Assembly (NCBI GenBank): GCA_963846545.1
Contig: CAWJWG010000001.1
Location: forward strand, 2,442,055 to 2,506,054
DNA length: 64,000 nucleotides
Source of the DNA: an uncultured Gemmatimonadales bacterium
GTDB taxonomy: Bacteria > Gemmatimonadota > Gemmatimonadetes > Gemmatimonadales > GWC2-71-9
Reading direction: 5' to 3'
The notes under the pieces: model-generated
Seen by the model: the letters and a program-made list of their open reading frames with translations, nothing else
Databases searched by the model: none
What the model was told of the DNA's origin: nothing
Shown: positions 1-9,434 of the stretch, in pieces
Position numbering within the stretch: the first letter of the stretch is position 1
Layout of the letters: each line of letters starts with the position of its first letter
Program-made: the position numbers and the translations under genes

Positions 1-108
1 GCTATCGGGGTTCGCCTGAAGACTCGTTCATGAATTTTCCACCGGGACTTCAGGTAGGGGTCACTACAATCTGAGCAGACCTTTGACCTGCGCCAACTTC
101 ATGCAGAG

Positions 109-1173
109 GTGCCCGTGTCCGACTTCGCGCAACCCACGACTGCCGCCACCCGCCGTTCCTTCATTCGCCACGGCGCCGTGGCGGCGGTCGCGCTGCCCGC
201 GGTGGTCTCGACCCTGAGTTGCGGTGACAGCAAGGCAGCCACTGTGCCCGTCAGAATCGCCAAGCCGGCACCACCCCCACCGTCAACAGCGCAGCAGAAG
301 GCCGATCAGATGGATGCGATGCACGAGAAGGGAATGAAGGCGTTTCCAGCGAAGACGGAGGGGAAAGGGAACCAGCTCGTCGAGCCCAGGTTCGAGAAGG
401 GGGTGAAGGTATACGATCTGGAGGCTGTGGAGCTGGAGTGGGAGGTAGAGCCAGGCCGGAAGGTGAAGGCATGGGCTTACAACGGGCAGGTGCCGGGGCC
501 CCAGATGCGCGTACGCGAAGGCGACCGCGTCCGGGTCAACCTGACCAACAACCTGCCTGAGTCCACGTCGATCCACTTCCATGGCCTTGAGCTGCCGAAT
601 GACCAGGACGGCGTGCCGTTCATCACCCAGCCACCCGTCAAGCCTGGCGAGAGCTACACCTATGAATTCACCGTGCCCAACGCCGGCTCCCACATGTACC
701 ACTCGCACCACAACGCGGCCTTTCAGGTCGGGCTGGGCCTTCTGGGCGCTTTCGTGGTAGAGCCGAAGCGACCTGCGAAGGCACACCGGGCCGATGTGGA
801 CCATGTGATGGTGCTGAACGACGGCTCTCACGGCTACACCCTCAACGGCAAGGGCTTCCCCGCAACCGAACCGATCGTCTGCACGCAGAGCCAGACGGTG
901 CGGCTCCGATTCATGAACGAGGGCATGATGATCCACCCGATGCACCTCCATGGCATGCACATGACAGTGATCGCGAAAGACGGGTGGGACCAGCCGATGC
1001 CGTGGAAGTGCGACACGCTGAACATCGCGCCGGGCGAGCGGTGGGACGTGTTGGTGAAGGCCACCAACCCCGGGACCTGGGCGTTTCATTGTCACATTCT
1101 CCCGCACGCCGAGTCGCAGCACGGGATGTTTGGGATGGTGACGGCGTTGGTCGTGAAGCCGGCGACAGTCTAA
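109..1173 (+). CDS. two-domain multicopper oxidase (laccase-like), Tat-exported lipoprotein
   Basis: Full ORF. N-terminal twin-arginine motif TRRSFIRHG is followed by lipobox-like TLSCG. Four HxH copper motifs are present (IHFHG, YHSHH, HPMHLHG, HCHILPH...M). At only 354 aa it has two rather than three cupredoxin domains. Confidence 0.85.
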   Translation: MPVSDFAQPTTAATRRSFIRHGAVAAVALPAVVSTLSCGDSKAATVPVRIAKPAPPPPSTAQQKADQMDAMHEKGMKAFPAKTEGKGNQLVEPRFEKGVKVYDLEAVELEWEVEPGRKVKAWAYNGQVPGPQMRVREGDRVRVNLTNNLPESTSIHFHGLELPNDQDGVPFITQPPVKPGESYTYEFTVPNAGSHMYHSHHNAAFQVGLGLLGAFVVEPKRPAKAHRADVDHVMVLNDGSHGYTLNGKGFPATEPIVCTQSQTVRLRFMNEGMMIHPMHLHGMHMTVIAKDGWDQPMPWKCDTLNIAPGERWDVLVKATNPGTWAFHCHILPHAESQHGMFGMVTALVVKPATV

Positions 1174-1189
1174 CCGTACCGAGGCGGCG

Positions 1190-1672
1190 ATGGACTTAGG
1201 GCATCTTCACCTCATCCTGAACCATCTGCCGGTGCTGGGCGCACCGGCCTTGTTGGCCCTGCTCGCCTGGGGTTACGCCCGGAGGATGCCCGAGGTCACC
1301 CGGCTCGCGTTGTGGTGTACCCTGTTGCTGGGGGCAGCGACTGCGGTGGTGTACCTGACCGGCGAAGCGGCTGAAGAGATGGTGGAATCCCTCCCAACGT
1401 TCGATCATGACATGGTGGAGCGACATGAGGAGGTAGCCCTGGCCGCGGCGGTCCTCATCGTGACCACCGCCCTCCTGGCCGCGGCGGGTCTGATCACTTC
1501 ACGCGCCGGCGGCCGCCTACATCGAGCGACCATCCTTGTCGTGTTGGGTGGACTCCTGACAGGCACAGCAGCGGTCGCAGCGACCGCTTGGACTGGCGGT
1601 CCGATCGGCCATCCGGAGCTCCGGGTGGGGGCGCCACCGCCCATGCCCGCCCCCCGTCCCATCGATCCCTGA
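1190..1672 (+). CDS. small integral membrane protein (about 4 TM helices, His-containing motifs), function unknown
   Basis: 160-aa ORF beginning 17 nt after the oxidase stop. It has four hydrophobic segments, motifs HLHLILNH and HDMVERHEE, and high third-position GC. Confidence 0.6.
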   Translation: MDLGHLHLILNHLPVLGAPALLALLAWGYARRMPEVTRLALWCTLLLGAATAVVYLTGEAAEEMVESLPTFDHDMVERHEEVALAAAVLIVTTALLAAAGLITSRAGGRLHRATILVVLGGLLTGTAAVAATAWTGGPIGHPELRVGAPPPMPAPRPIDP

Positions 1673-2121
1673 TCCAGACCTCGCGTCGAAAACTTCGTCT
1701 CTGAACTTCGCCTGGAACGGATTCTCTGGGCATCGAACTCCGGCACTGCCCCGATCGGAGCGGGTCGGCATCCGGCGGGCCTGTTGGGACAGAAGCCGGG
1801 CGGTCCAGGCGCGGCGATGGCGCACTTATTCGGACCGACCCCGGATTCGGGTCCACATGGTCCAGAAGAAGAGGTTGAGGCCCGCAGCTTGAGCGGCGCC
1901 GCCCAGCACTACGATCAATCGTAGGCTGACAGAGCCGTCAGCGGGCCGGCCCAGAGCCGATCCACGACTGGTGGATCCCATGGCAGGTTGACCATGAAGA
2001 ATGGTTCACGCCGCTCTCACGATTCGATTCGCCCTCACGCACTAGACTGGTCTGAGCGATGGGCCCGCCCCTTCGAGGTGGACTACCCGCGCGACCCGGC
2101 AGACGGCGAAAGGATCCGGTC

Positions 2122-2556
2122 ATGACCGCTGGCACCCGGTGGACTCTCCTCTTCTCCTTGACCGCCATCGCCGCGTGCGGGGACAAAGGTCCCGCACCCG
2201 CTCCGCCGAGCAGCGAGGACACTCCGACGGCGGCTCCGGCCATGACGCCCACCGGCACGGTTGTCGAGATCAAGGCCATCACCGACGATCAGGGCAACCG
2301 CTTCGAGCCGAAGGAAATCGAGGTTCACCAGGGGGATGTCTTGCGCGTGGTCCTGGTGAGCGGGGTCCACAACCTGAGCTTTCCCGCCGAGCGCAATCCC
2401 GGCGCTACCGGCCTCCCCGGCCCTACCGACATGCTGCAGCTCCCCGGCCAGACGTTCGACGTGCCGATCACTCTCGGACCTGGCGAATACGCGTTCCAGT
2501 GCGATCCGCATGCCGCCCTCGGCATGGTCGGGAAGTTGGAGGTCGAAGATGACTGA
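2122..2556 (+). CDS. plastocyanin/pseudoazurin-type cupredoxin, lipoprotein
   Basis: Internal ATG at 2122 follows AAAGGA. Signal plus lipobox LTAIAACGD. Type-1 copper ligand pattern H(VHNLSF)...C(FQCDPH)..H..M(ALGMVGKLEV). Confidence 0.85.
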   Translation: MTAGTRWTLLFSLTAIAACGDKGPAPAPPSSEDTPTAAPAMTPTGTVVEIKAITDDQGNRFEPKEIEVHQGDVLRVVLVSGVHNLSFPAERNPGATGLPGPTDMLQLPGQTFDVPITLGPGEYAFQCDPHAALGMVGKLEVEDD

Positions 2557-2590
2557 ACGGTGTCTTACCACTCGCATTGGAGGCAGGATC

Positions 2591-4600
2591 ATGTCTCGCG
2601 TCAGGTACGGCGCCATTGCCCTCACCTTCTTCTCCCTCTCAGCCTGTGAGAGGGTGACGCCCAAGGCGCCGGGCACCCAGCCGATGGCCACGGGCGACGT
2701 CCAGGCCGCCGCGCTGGCGAGTTACGTGAAGCCAGGCGACCAAGACCAGTACTACCTCTTCTACTCCGGCGGCCATTCGGGCCAGGTTTTCGTGGCCGGC
2801 GTGCCCTCCATGCGGCACATCTTCACCATTCCGGTTTTCACGCCCTACCCAGGTACCGGGTACGGCTACGACGAAGATTCGAAGGCCATGCTGGGCGGTT
2901 TCACCTGGGGAGACGTGCACCACCCCGCGGCCTCCAAAACCGCCGGGGACTACGACGGCCGCTGGCTCTTCGTGAACGACAACGCGAACAACCGTATCGC
3001 GCGGATCAACCTGAAGGACCTGAAGACCAAGCAGATCCTCGGGCCAATTCCCAACACGATGGGCAACCACGGCTCGTCCATGGTGACCGACAACACCGAG
3101 TACGCGCTGGTCGCTACCCGGTTCTCGGTACCGATCGGCAGTGAGTACGCCCCGCTGGAGGACTACGCGACGAAGTACAAGGGCGCGATCACCGGCATCC
3201 GGGTGGATTCCGCCAGCGGCACCATGAAACTCGGCTGGCAGATCATGACGCCGCCCTTCAACTGGGACCTCGGCGCCACCGGCAAGGGACCCTCAGTGGA
3301 GTGGGCCTTCTGGACCTCATACAACTCCGAGCGCGCCACCGGGAAACTGGAAACCACCTCCACCCAGAAGGACCGCGACTACGTGGCCGTGGTGCATTGG
3401 AAGGCGGCGGAGCGGGCGGCGGCGGAGGGCGGTGCGGGCTGGTTCAAAGCCAGCGGCGTCGACGTCATGAACCCAGCAAAGGTTCCCGGCGTCATGTACC
3501 TCCTGCCCTGCGGCAAGAGTCCCCACGGCGTAGACGTGGATCCGAGCGGAGAGTATGTGATCTGCTCGGGTAAGCTGCAGCCCACGTCGACGGTGTTCTC
3601 GTTCCGCAAGATACAGGACGCCATCGCGCGCAAGAGCTTTAGTGGCGCGGAGGACGGCATCCCGGTCATCAACTACGAGGATGCCATGGTGATGGAGGTA
3701 CCGGTGGGCCTGGGCCCCCTGCACACCCAGTTCGATGGGAAGGGCTTCGCGTATACTTCGCTGTTTGTGGAGAGCGCGATCGCCAAGTGGAAGCTGCCAC
3801 CCTACGAGGCCGGGGCAGATCCCAAGGCGATGGTGGTGGACAAGATTCCGGTGCAATTCAACGTGGGGCACTTGGTCACCGCGCACGGCGACACCCGGCA
3901 CCCTAAGGGTGACTGGTTAGTGGCGATGAACAAGATGTCGAAGGGCCGCTCAATCAAGACCGGGCCGTCCATCCCGGAGAGCTCCCAGCTGATCGACATT
4001 ACGGGCAGCGGCAAGATGCGGATGGTCTACGAGGCGTATACGGAGCCGGAGCCCCACTTCGCTCAGCTGATCCACAAGGACGTGTTGAAGAACACGATCG
4101 AGTTCTACCCCAAGAGCGAGAGCCACCACAAGCATGCGGTGTGGGCCGCTAAGGACGTCAAGGTCACCCGCAACGCGGCCACACGGACGGTCGAAGGTAC
4201 GGTGTTCGCGATCCGGACCTATTTCGAGCCGGGCCGGATTCAGGTGCAGGAGGGCGACACCGTCATCCTGCACATCACCAACGCCGAGCAGGCTCGCGAC
4301 GAGATCCATGGCTTCGGGTTGGTGTCGTTCGACAAGAACGTCGTGGTCGACCCGGGCGAGACCAAGACGCTCAAGTTCATCGCACGGAAGTCGGGCGTGT
4401 ACCCGTACTATTGCACCAACTTCTGCTCGGCGCTGCACCAGGAGATGCAGGGCTACCTGGAAGTAGTCCCACGGGGCCGGCCGCTGGCGCTGTATGATGG
4501 GGGCCAGGGCACAATGCGAACGCCTCCCGAGAGCCGCCGCCAGGTGCACGCTGCGGAGGCAGCTCATGACGGCCATGGCGCGGCGGGAGGCATGCGGTGA
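2591..4600 (+). CDS. nosZ: nitrous-oxide reductase NosZ, Sec/lipoprotein-type (clade II-like)
   Basis: GGAGG 8 nt upstream of ATG 2591. N-terminus MSRVRYGAIALTFFSLSAC is a lipoprotein signal with no twin-Arg. CuZ-region motif GDVHHPAAS. C-terminal CuA motif CTNFCSALHQEMQGYLEV. Confidence 0.95.
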   Translation: MSRVRYGAIALTFFSLSACERVTPKAPGTQPMATGDVQAAALASYVKPGDQDQYYLFYSGGHSGQVFVAGVPSMRHIFTIPVFTPYPGTGYGYDEDSKAMLGGFTWGDVHHPAASKTAGDYDGRWLFVNDNANNRIARINLKDLKTKQILGPIPNTMGNHGSSMVTDNTEYALVATRFSVPIGSEYAPLEDYATKYKGAITGIRVDSASGTMKLGWQIMTPPFNWDLGATGKGPSVEWAFWTSYNSERATGKLETTSTQKDRDYVAVVHWKAAERAAAEGGAGWFKASGVDVMNPAKVPGVMYLLPCGKSPHGVDVDPSGEYVICSGKLQPTSTVFSFRKIQDAIARKSFSGAEDGIPVINYEDAMVMEVPVGLGPLHTQFDGKGFAYTSLFVESAIAKWKLPPYEAGADPKAMVVDKIPVQFNVGHLVTAHGDTRHPKGDWLVAMNKMSKGRSIKTGPSIPESSQLIDITGSGKMRMVYEAYTEPEPHFAQLIHKDVLKNTIEFYPKSESHHKHAVWAAKDVKVTRNAATRTVEGTVFAIRTYFEPGRIQVQEGDTVILHITNAEQARDEIHGFGLVSFDKNVVVDPGETKTLKFIARKSGVYPYYCTNFCSALHQEMQGYLEVVPRGRPLALYDGGQGTMRTPPESRRQVHAAEAAHDGHGAAGGMR

Positions 4601-5217
4601 GCCTCACGCGCATCCTGCCTGCGATCGCCCGCCGGCGCAGGACGCTGCTGATCACGGCGGCGCTTCTGCTCACGGCAGCGACGATGCTGCCGCTCTGGGG
4701 TATGACGCTGGTCAGTACCCAGTATCCCGAGGGTCTCCGGCTGGTAGTCTATCCTGCGACGATCGGGGGAGACCTGAACGAGATCAACGCGCTTAACCAT
4801 TACATCGGGATGACGCCGATCTCAGCTGATTTCTTCGCCGAGCTGCGCTACCTCCGACCCGCCCTGATACTCCTGGCCGGTACCCTCGCGCTTGCTGCGC
4901 TGGCCCGGAGCGTGTCGTGGCTAACTCCCGTCGCGCTCGCCGGCATGACCGGACTCGGCGCCGTCGGCCTCGGCCTCATGCGGTACCGCCTTTGGCAGTT
5001 CGGGCACCAGCTCGACCCCCAGGCGGCGATCACCATCGAGCCGTTCACGCCGCCCATGGTTGGCCTCAATCAGATTGCCCAGTTCGCCACCTACAGCTAT
5101 TTCAGCTGGGGATTCTTCCTGCCGCTTGTGTCCGGGCTGCTGGTGACGCTCGTGCTGCTCGCCGACAGGCGACGCGCCCAGCCACCGTTCCCCAAGATCG
5201 TGTTCGCGGCCGCCTGA
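4597..5217 (+). CDS. nosB: NosB-like polytopic membrane protein
   Basis: GTG start overlaps the nosZ stop (GTGA). 206 aa with several hydrophobic helices. Its position directly after nosZ matches clade II nos clusters. The assignment rests on position and topology only. Confidence 0.65.
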   Translation: MSLTRILPAIARRRRTLLITAALLLTAATMLPLWGMTLVSTQYPEGLRLVVYPATIGGDLNEINALNHYIGMTPISADFFAELRYLRPALILLAGTLALAALARSVSWLTPVALAGMTGLGAVGLGLMRYRLWQFGHQLDPQAAITIEPFTPPMVGLNQIAQFATYSYFSWGFFLPLVSGLLVTLVLLADRRRAQPPFPKIVFAAA

Positions 5218-6437
5218 TGTTTGGCCCTCTGCTGCTCTCCGCGGCCATGGTCATGGGACTCGGTGGCCAGCACCGGACTGCGATCACCACCGTCGCCGAG
5301 GCGCTCGCCACCGCCCGGCCGGGCGAGACTATCCGGCTCAGGGACGGCATCCACGCCGGACCGCTGGTGGTGCAGGTACCGGGCCTTACGATCGTCGGCT
5401 CCCGCAGGGCGGTGGTAGACGGAGGGCGACGAGGCACCGTCATCACCGTCGCTGCCGACTCGGTCACCCTCCAGGGATTCACGGTGCGGGCCAGCGGCCG
5501 ATCCCTGGACCGGGACGAGGCTGCGGTCAAGCTGGACCACTGCAATGGCTGCGCAGTTCGGAGGCTGGTGGTGAGGGACCCCCTGCACGGGATCTACCTG
5601 CTCGAGTCCCATGGTGTCAGCCTGGAAGACAACGACATCCTTGGAGCCAATGATCTCATGGAGTCCGCCCGAGGCAACGGCATCCATCTCTTCAACTCCA
5701 GCGGTAACCGCCTGTCCGGCAACCGGGTCCGGTCCACCCGTGACGGCATCTACTTCTCCTTCGCCAGCGACAACCTGGTGGTCGGAAACGAGGTGGCCGG
5801 GGCCCGCTATGGGCTGCACTATATGTACTCCGACGACAACCGGTTCGAGCGCAATGTCTTCGCGCAAAACGCGGCGGGCGCGGCCATCATGTTCTCCAAG
5901 CGGATTGTGCTCCGTGACAACGTGTTCGCGCGACACGTGGGCTATCGGGCCTACGGACTGCTGCTGCACACGGGCGAGGAGATCCTGGCCGAGGGTAACC
6001 GCTTCGAGGGCAACCTGACTGCGCTCTTCCTCGACGGATCGTCGCGCAACACTTTCCGACGAAATGTCATCGCCGGGAACGGAACTGGCATCGAGCTGCC
6101 CGCGAGCGCGGAGCAGAATGTGTTCACCGAGAACGTCTTTCGCGACAACCGCACGTCGGTGCGAATGGTGCTCGGCAGCAGCGACAACGCCTGGAGCCTC
6201 GAGGGGCGGGGCAACGATTGGGGCGACCCGGCGGTGTTCGATCTGGATCGCGACGGCATCGGCGACCGGCCCTACCGGGCGGGGGATCCATTCCTATCCC
6301 TTGCCGCATCCCGTCCCGCGCTGGAGGTTTTTGGCGGTACTCTCGCCGCACGGGCGCTTTCCTGGGCGGAGGAAGCTTTCCCGGTGTTTGGCCTCCCCCG
6401 AGTCGTGGACTCGGCGCCGCTGGCACCGTCCCGATGA
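5217..6437 (+). CDS. nosD: NosD, periplasmic beta-helix copper-maturation protein
   Basis: ATG at 5217 shares one base with the nosB stop (TGATG). N-terminal signal-like segment. Repeated parallel beta-helix units (NDILG.., GNGIHLFNSSGN, GNRV.., DGIYFSF, NLVVGNEV, YGLHYMYS..). Confidence 0.9.
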   Translation: MFGPLLLSAAMVMGLGGQHRTAITTVAEALATARPGETIRLRDGIHAGPLVVQVPGLTIVGSRRAVVDGGRRGTVITVAADSVTLQGFTVRASGRSLDRDEAAVKLDHCNGCAVRRLVVRDPLHGIYLLESHGVSLEDNDILGANDLMESARGNGIHLFNSSGNRLSGNRVRSTRDGIYFSFASDNLVVGNEVAGARYGLHYMYSDDNRFERNVFAQNAAGAAIMFSKRIVLRDNVFARHVGYRAYGLLLHTGEEILAEGNRFEGNLTALFLDGSSRNTFRRNVIAGNGTGIELPASAEQNVFTENVFRDNRTSVRMVLGSSDNAWSLEGRGNDWGDPAVFDLDRDGIGDRPYRAGDPFLSLAASRPALEVFGGTLAARALSWAEEAFPVFGLPRVVDSAPLAPSR

Positions 6438-7165
6438 TCCGGTACGAGGGGTTCACCAAGCGCTACGGCCGAGTGCCGGCGGTAAGCAACCTGGACCTTG
6501 AAGTCCGTGCCGGTGAGACGCTCGCCCTCATCGGGCCCAACGGATCGGGCAAGAGCACCACCCTCAAGGCCGCCGTGGGGTTGGTGCATCCCACCGCAGG
6601 ACGCGTGCTGGTGAACGGTCGCGATGTCGCGGCCGGACCTGAGGCCCGCGCCGGACTCGGATATCTGCCGCAGCGCGTTTCCTTCTCGGAAGGCACGCCG
6701 GCCCGTGAGGTGATGCGGTTCCATGCGCGGTTACGTGATGCTTCCCGCCAAGACGTCGAGCGACTCCTGGATCGCGTCGGGCTCTCCGAGGCCGCAGACC
6801 GGGTAACCGACGGGTTCTCCGGTGGCATGCGGCAGCGGCTCGGCATCGGGGTCGCGCTCCTGGGGCGCCCACGCATCCTGCTGCTTGACGAGCCCACCGC
6901 GGCCCTCGATCCCACCGGCGCGCTCCTGATCCGGGATCTCATCGTCGCCATCGCTGCCGAGGGCACGACGGTGCTCCTGTCTTCGCATGATCTCGCCGAG
7001 GTGGCCGCGCTGGCGGACCGGATCGCGATCTTCACCACAGGAACCGTGGTCGCCGCCGGGACACTCACCGAGCTCGAGACCAGCGCCGGTGGCCGGGGCC
7101 TGGAAGCGGTGTATCGCCGGCTCGCCGCCGGGCTAGTGCCCCTCCCCGAAGTGAGGGTGGCGTGA
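6434..7165 (+). CDS. nosF: NosF, ABC transporter ATP-binding protein
   Basis: ATGA overlap with nosD. Walker A GPNGSGKST, signature FSGGMRQRL, Walker B LLLDEPTAALD. Confidence 0.9.
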   Translation: MIRYEGFTKRYGRVPAVSNLDLEVRAGETLALIGPNGSGKSTTLKAAVGLVHPTAGRVLVNGRDVAAGPEARAGLGYLPQRVSFSEGTPAREVMRFHARLRDASRQDVERLLDRVGLSEAADRVTDGFSGGMRQRLGIGVALLGRPRILLLDEPTAALDPTGALLIRDLIVAIAAEGTTVLLSSHDLAEVAALADRIAIFTTGTVVAAGTLTELETSAGGRGLEAVYRRLAAGLVPLPEVRVA

Positions 7166-7989
7166 GCGCGAGGGCGGTACTGATCGTGGCCGGCGCGGAG
7201 TACCGCGGCGCGCTCGCGAGCCGGCTGGTTCAGGGATTCGGAGCCATATTCGCGCTCACGGCGCTCGCGATTGCAACCGTGGGATTTGCCGCCAGCGGGC
7301 AGCTCCTGATTCAGGGATTCACCCGCACCGCGGTCTCGCTACTCAGCCTTGCACTGTACCTCCTGCCGCTAGTGGGCTTGGTCCTGGGCGCACACTCCTT
7401 TGGCGTTGAGGACGGCGGTACCGAGCTGCTGCTGGCCCAGCCGATCTCGCGGAGTGCCGTGCTGGTGGGCCGCACCGCCGGGCTCGCCCTGACTCTGGTC
7501 CTGGTGGCCGCCACTGGATTCGGCCTCGCGGGGGTGGTCGTCGTGGGTGGCGCGGGCACCGAGGGGCTCGCCGGCTACCTCCTGGTGGCGGGGGGTTGCA
7601 CCGTGGTCGGACTCGCCGGACTCGCGCTCGGTGTGTTGCTTGGTGTCCGCGCTCGGCGACGACTCACCGCAGTAGCGACGGCGCTAGTGGCGTGGGTGGT
7701 GCTCGCCGTACTGTTCGACTTCGCCGCGATTGCCGCCCTGCAGTTCGTCGGCGACGGCCAGCCGGGGCCGCTGCTGCTCGGCCTCTTAGCTGTCAATCCG
7801 TTGGACGGCATGCGGGCGCTGGGCCTCGTGACTTTGGGCGCCGATGTGTTGCTGGGGCCGACCGGCGCCGCGTTCGCGAAGCTGCTGGGGCCGTCGGATG
7901 GCGCGCTCCTGGTGGTCGCGGGACTGTGGGTGTGGTGCGCGGCGCCGCTCGCGATGGCCGTAGCCATCTATCGCCGGAGGGATTTCTGA
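7162..7989 (+). CDS. nosY: NosY, ABC-2 type permease
   Basis: GTGA overlap with nosF. 275 aa, about six hydrophobic helices, in the canonical nosDFY position. Confidence 0.85.
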   Translation: MSARAVLIVAGAEYRGALASRLVQGFGAIFALTALAIATVGFAASGQLLIQGFTRTAVSLLSLALYLLPLVGLVLGAHSFGVEDGGTELLLAQPISRSAVLVGRTAGLALTLVLVAATGFGLAGVVVVGGAGTEGLAGYLLVAGGCTVVGLAGLALGVLLGVRARRRLTAVATALVAWVVLAVLFDFAAIAALQFVGDGQPGPLLLGLLAVNPLDGMRALGLVTLGADVLLGPTGAAFAKLLGPSDGALLVVAGLWVWCAAPLAMAVAIYRRRDF

Positions 7990-8098
7990 TGTCACCGGTG
8001 CAGAGAGCACTGGAAGGCGATGTGCGGCTGTTCGATCTCGAACAGGAGCAGGGTCGCCTAGCCGGGCAGCCACCATAGCCCAACCGGTTTTATCGAAG

Positions 8099-8171
8099 TG
8101 AGGGCGGTGGGACTCGAACCCACGACCTAGGGATTAAAAGTCCCTTGCTCTACCAACTGAGCTACGCCCCC
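8099..8171 (-). tRNA. tRNA-Lys (anticodon UUU)
   Basis: The reverse complement folds as a cloverleaf: GGGGGCG-TA-GCTC AGTTGGTA GAGC-A-AGGGA CTTTTAA TCCCT-AGGTC-GTGGG TTCGAGT CCCAC-CGCCCTC-A. CCA is not encoded. Confidence 0.9.
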
Positions 8172-8369
8172 GGCACGGAAATCACGCAGGCAACACAAAC
8201 CTATCCGCGCACGCCCCACCACGACACTCCCCGAGCCTCCTGAAACGCCACTACCATCGCCGTGGGCGGCCTCGAAAAGTGACGGGCGTCACAGCCGCTC
8301 ACTGGTGACGACGCGCTACCAATCAAAGTTCGGCTGTGAGATGGCAGACACCTACGGACGACTGCAAAG

Positions 8370-8822
8370 ATGAACAGCGAGAGCCTGAACAATCCAGACA
8401 TCCCCGTCATTCACACCATCCTCGTCGTCGACGATGCCGGCGTCGTGCGCCGCATTTCGTTCCGCACCCTGTCCGAGGCCGGCTACCGGGTGTTCGAGGC
8501 CGCGGGCGCGGTGGAAGCGCTCGAGGTGATCGAGATGCTGCACGGCCACCTCGACCTGGTGCTGGTGGACGTCATCATGCCGGAAGTGAACGGCGTGGAC
8601 CTGGTGCGGATGATCCGGGAGCGGTGGACCCAGCCCAGCATCCTCTTCATGTCCGCCTACCCGGCGGAGATCCTGGCAAGCGAAGGCCTGGAGGATCTGC
8701 GGGTGCAGTTCCTGGCCAAGCCCTTCACCCGGGCCGAGCTGCTGGAAGCGGTGCGCCGGGCGATTCGGCCGCGTCGGCCCAACGGCAGGGAGAATCCCGC
8801 CGGTCGGCGGAGGGATGCCTAG
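8370..8822 (+). CDS. stand-alone response regulator receiver domain protein
   Basis: ILVVDD acidic pocket, phospho-acceptor region LVLVDVIMP, conserved Lys in FLAKPF. No output domain. Confidence 0.85.
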   Translation: MNSESLNNPDIPVIHTILVVDDAGVVRRISFRTLSEAGYRVFEAAGAVEALEVIEMLHGHLDLVLVDVIMPEVNGVDLVRMIRERWTQPSILFMSAYPAEILASEGLEDLRVQFLAKPFTRAELLEAVRRAIRPRRPNGRENPAGRRRDA

Positions 8823-9059
8823 TCGCGCTCACTCCCGCCCGGCATGGCGCGGGCGAGCTCCATCGCGGTTTCGACCAGATCACCCTCCGCCAACCCGTCC
8901 TCCCATGCGGGTGCCGGAGTGAATGTGCCTCCCACAGGGTATCGTGGTCGCCGTCAACGGTCACTGGTATCGTGTGCCCGCGGGCATGTTGACCCGCATC
9001 CCGGTCAGACTGGGCACCCCCAGGAGGTGCCGGAGGCCCGTTCGGGCTAAGATTGTCAC

Positions 9060-9434
9060 ATGATCCGTCTCCTCCTCTGCGCGGTCATCGCTCATGTGCT
9101 GGTGCCGCCGCACGCATCCGCGCAGGCGGACGACCGGTGGCAGATCGCGCTGGGGCCGGGCGCGTATGTATGGGATGTTCGACTGATGCGCCTGGAGGGC
9201 GACTCACTGCTCGTGAGGCAGAGCGACTCGGTGGTGTCGGTTCCAGTCGGCCGGATCACGGAGATCCGTCTGATTCGCAAATCCGAGATGCGGATGGGAG
9301 AGGGCGCCGCTGCCGCCGCGATGAGCGCGCTGACGGGAGCGGACGATGAAGTGTACGACCTCACTCCCCTGGACTTCGCCGAGCGGCTGCGGGCGATCCA
9401 GAAGATCCTGCTGTATCACCCCTCGGGGCCCTGA
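9060..9434 (+). CDS. hypothetical secreted protein
   Basis: 124-aa ORF with signal peptide [23 protein letters not shown] and high GC3. No recognisable motif. Confidence 0.5.
   Translation: MIRLLLCAVIAHVLVPPHASAQADDRWQIALGPGAYVWDVRLMRLEGDSLLVRQSDSVVSVPVGRITEIRLIRKSEMRMGEGAAAAAMSALTGADDEVYDLTPLDFAERLRAIQKILLYHPSGP

Noticed and set aside
1826-1918. Possible 30-aa hydrophobic peptide on the minus strand (LIVVLGGAAQAAGLNLFFWTMWTRIRGRSE) in the nos leader.
   Set aside because: It has only a TTG or GTG start, no ribosome-binding site and no recognisable family. The start overlaps the 1909-1924 palindrome, which is a more economical explanation for conservation there. There is too little evidence to call a gene.
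7988-8078. 30-aa ORF right after nosY as a candidate NosL.
   Set aside because: It is far too short, has no lipoprotein signal and no Met/His copper site. It is probably non-coding.
8279-8292. Perfect 6-2-6 palindrome GTGACGGGCGTCAC upstream of the response regulator gene.
   Set aside because: Short GC-rich palindromes of this size are expected by chance in a 64-kb, ~70% GC sequence. There is no second copy and no associated promoter elements.
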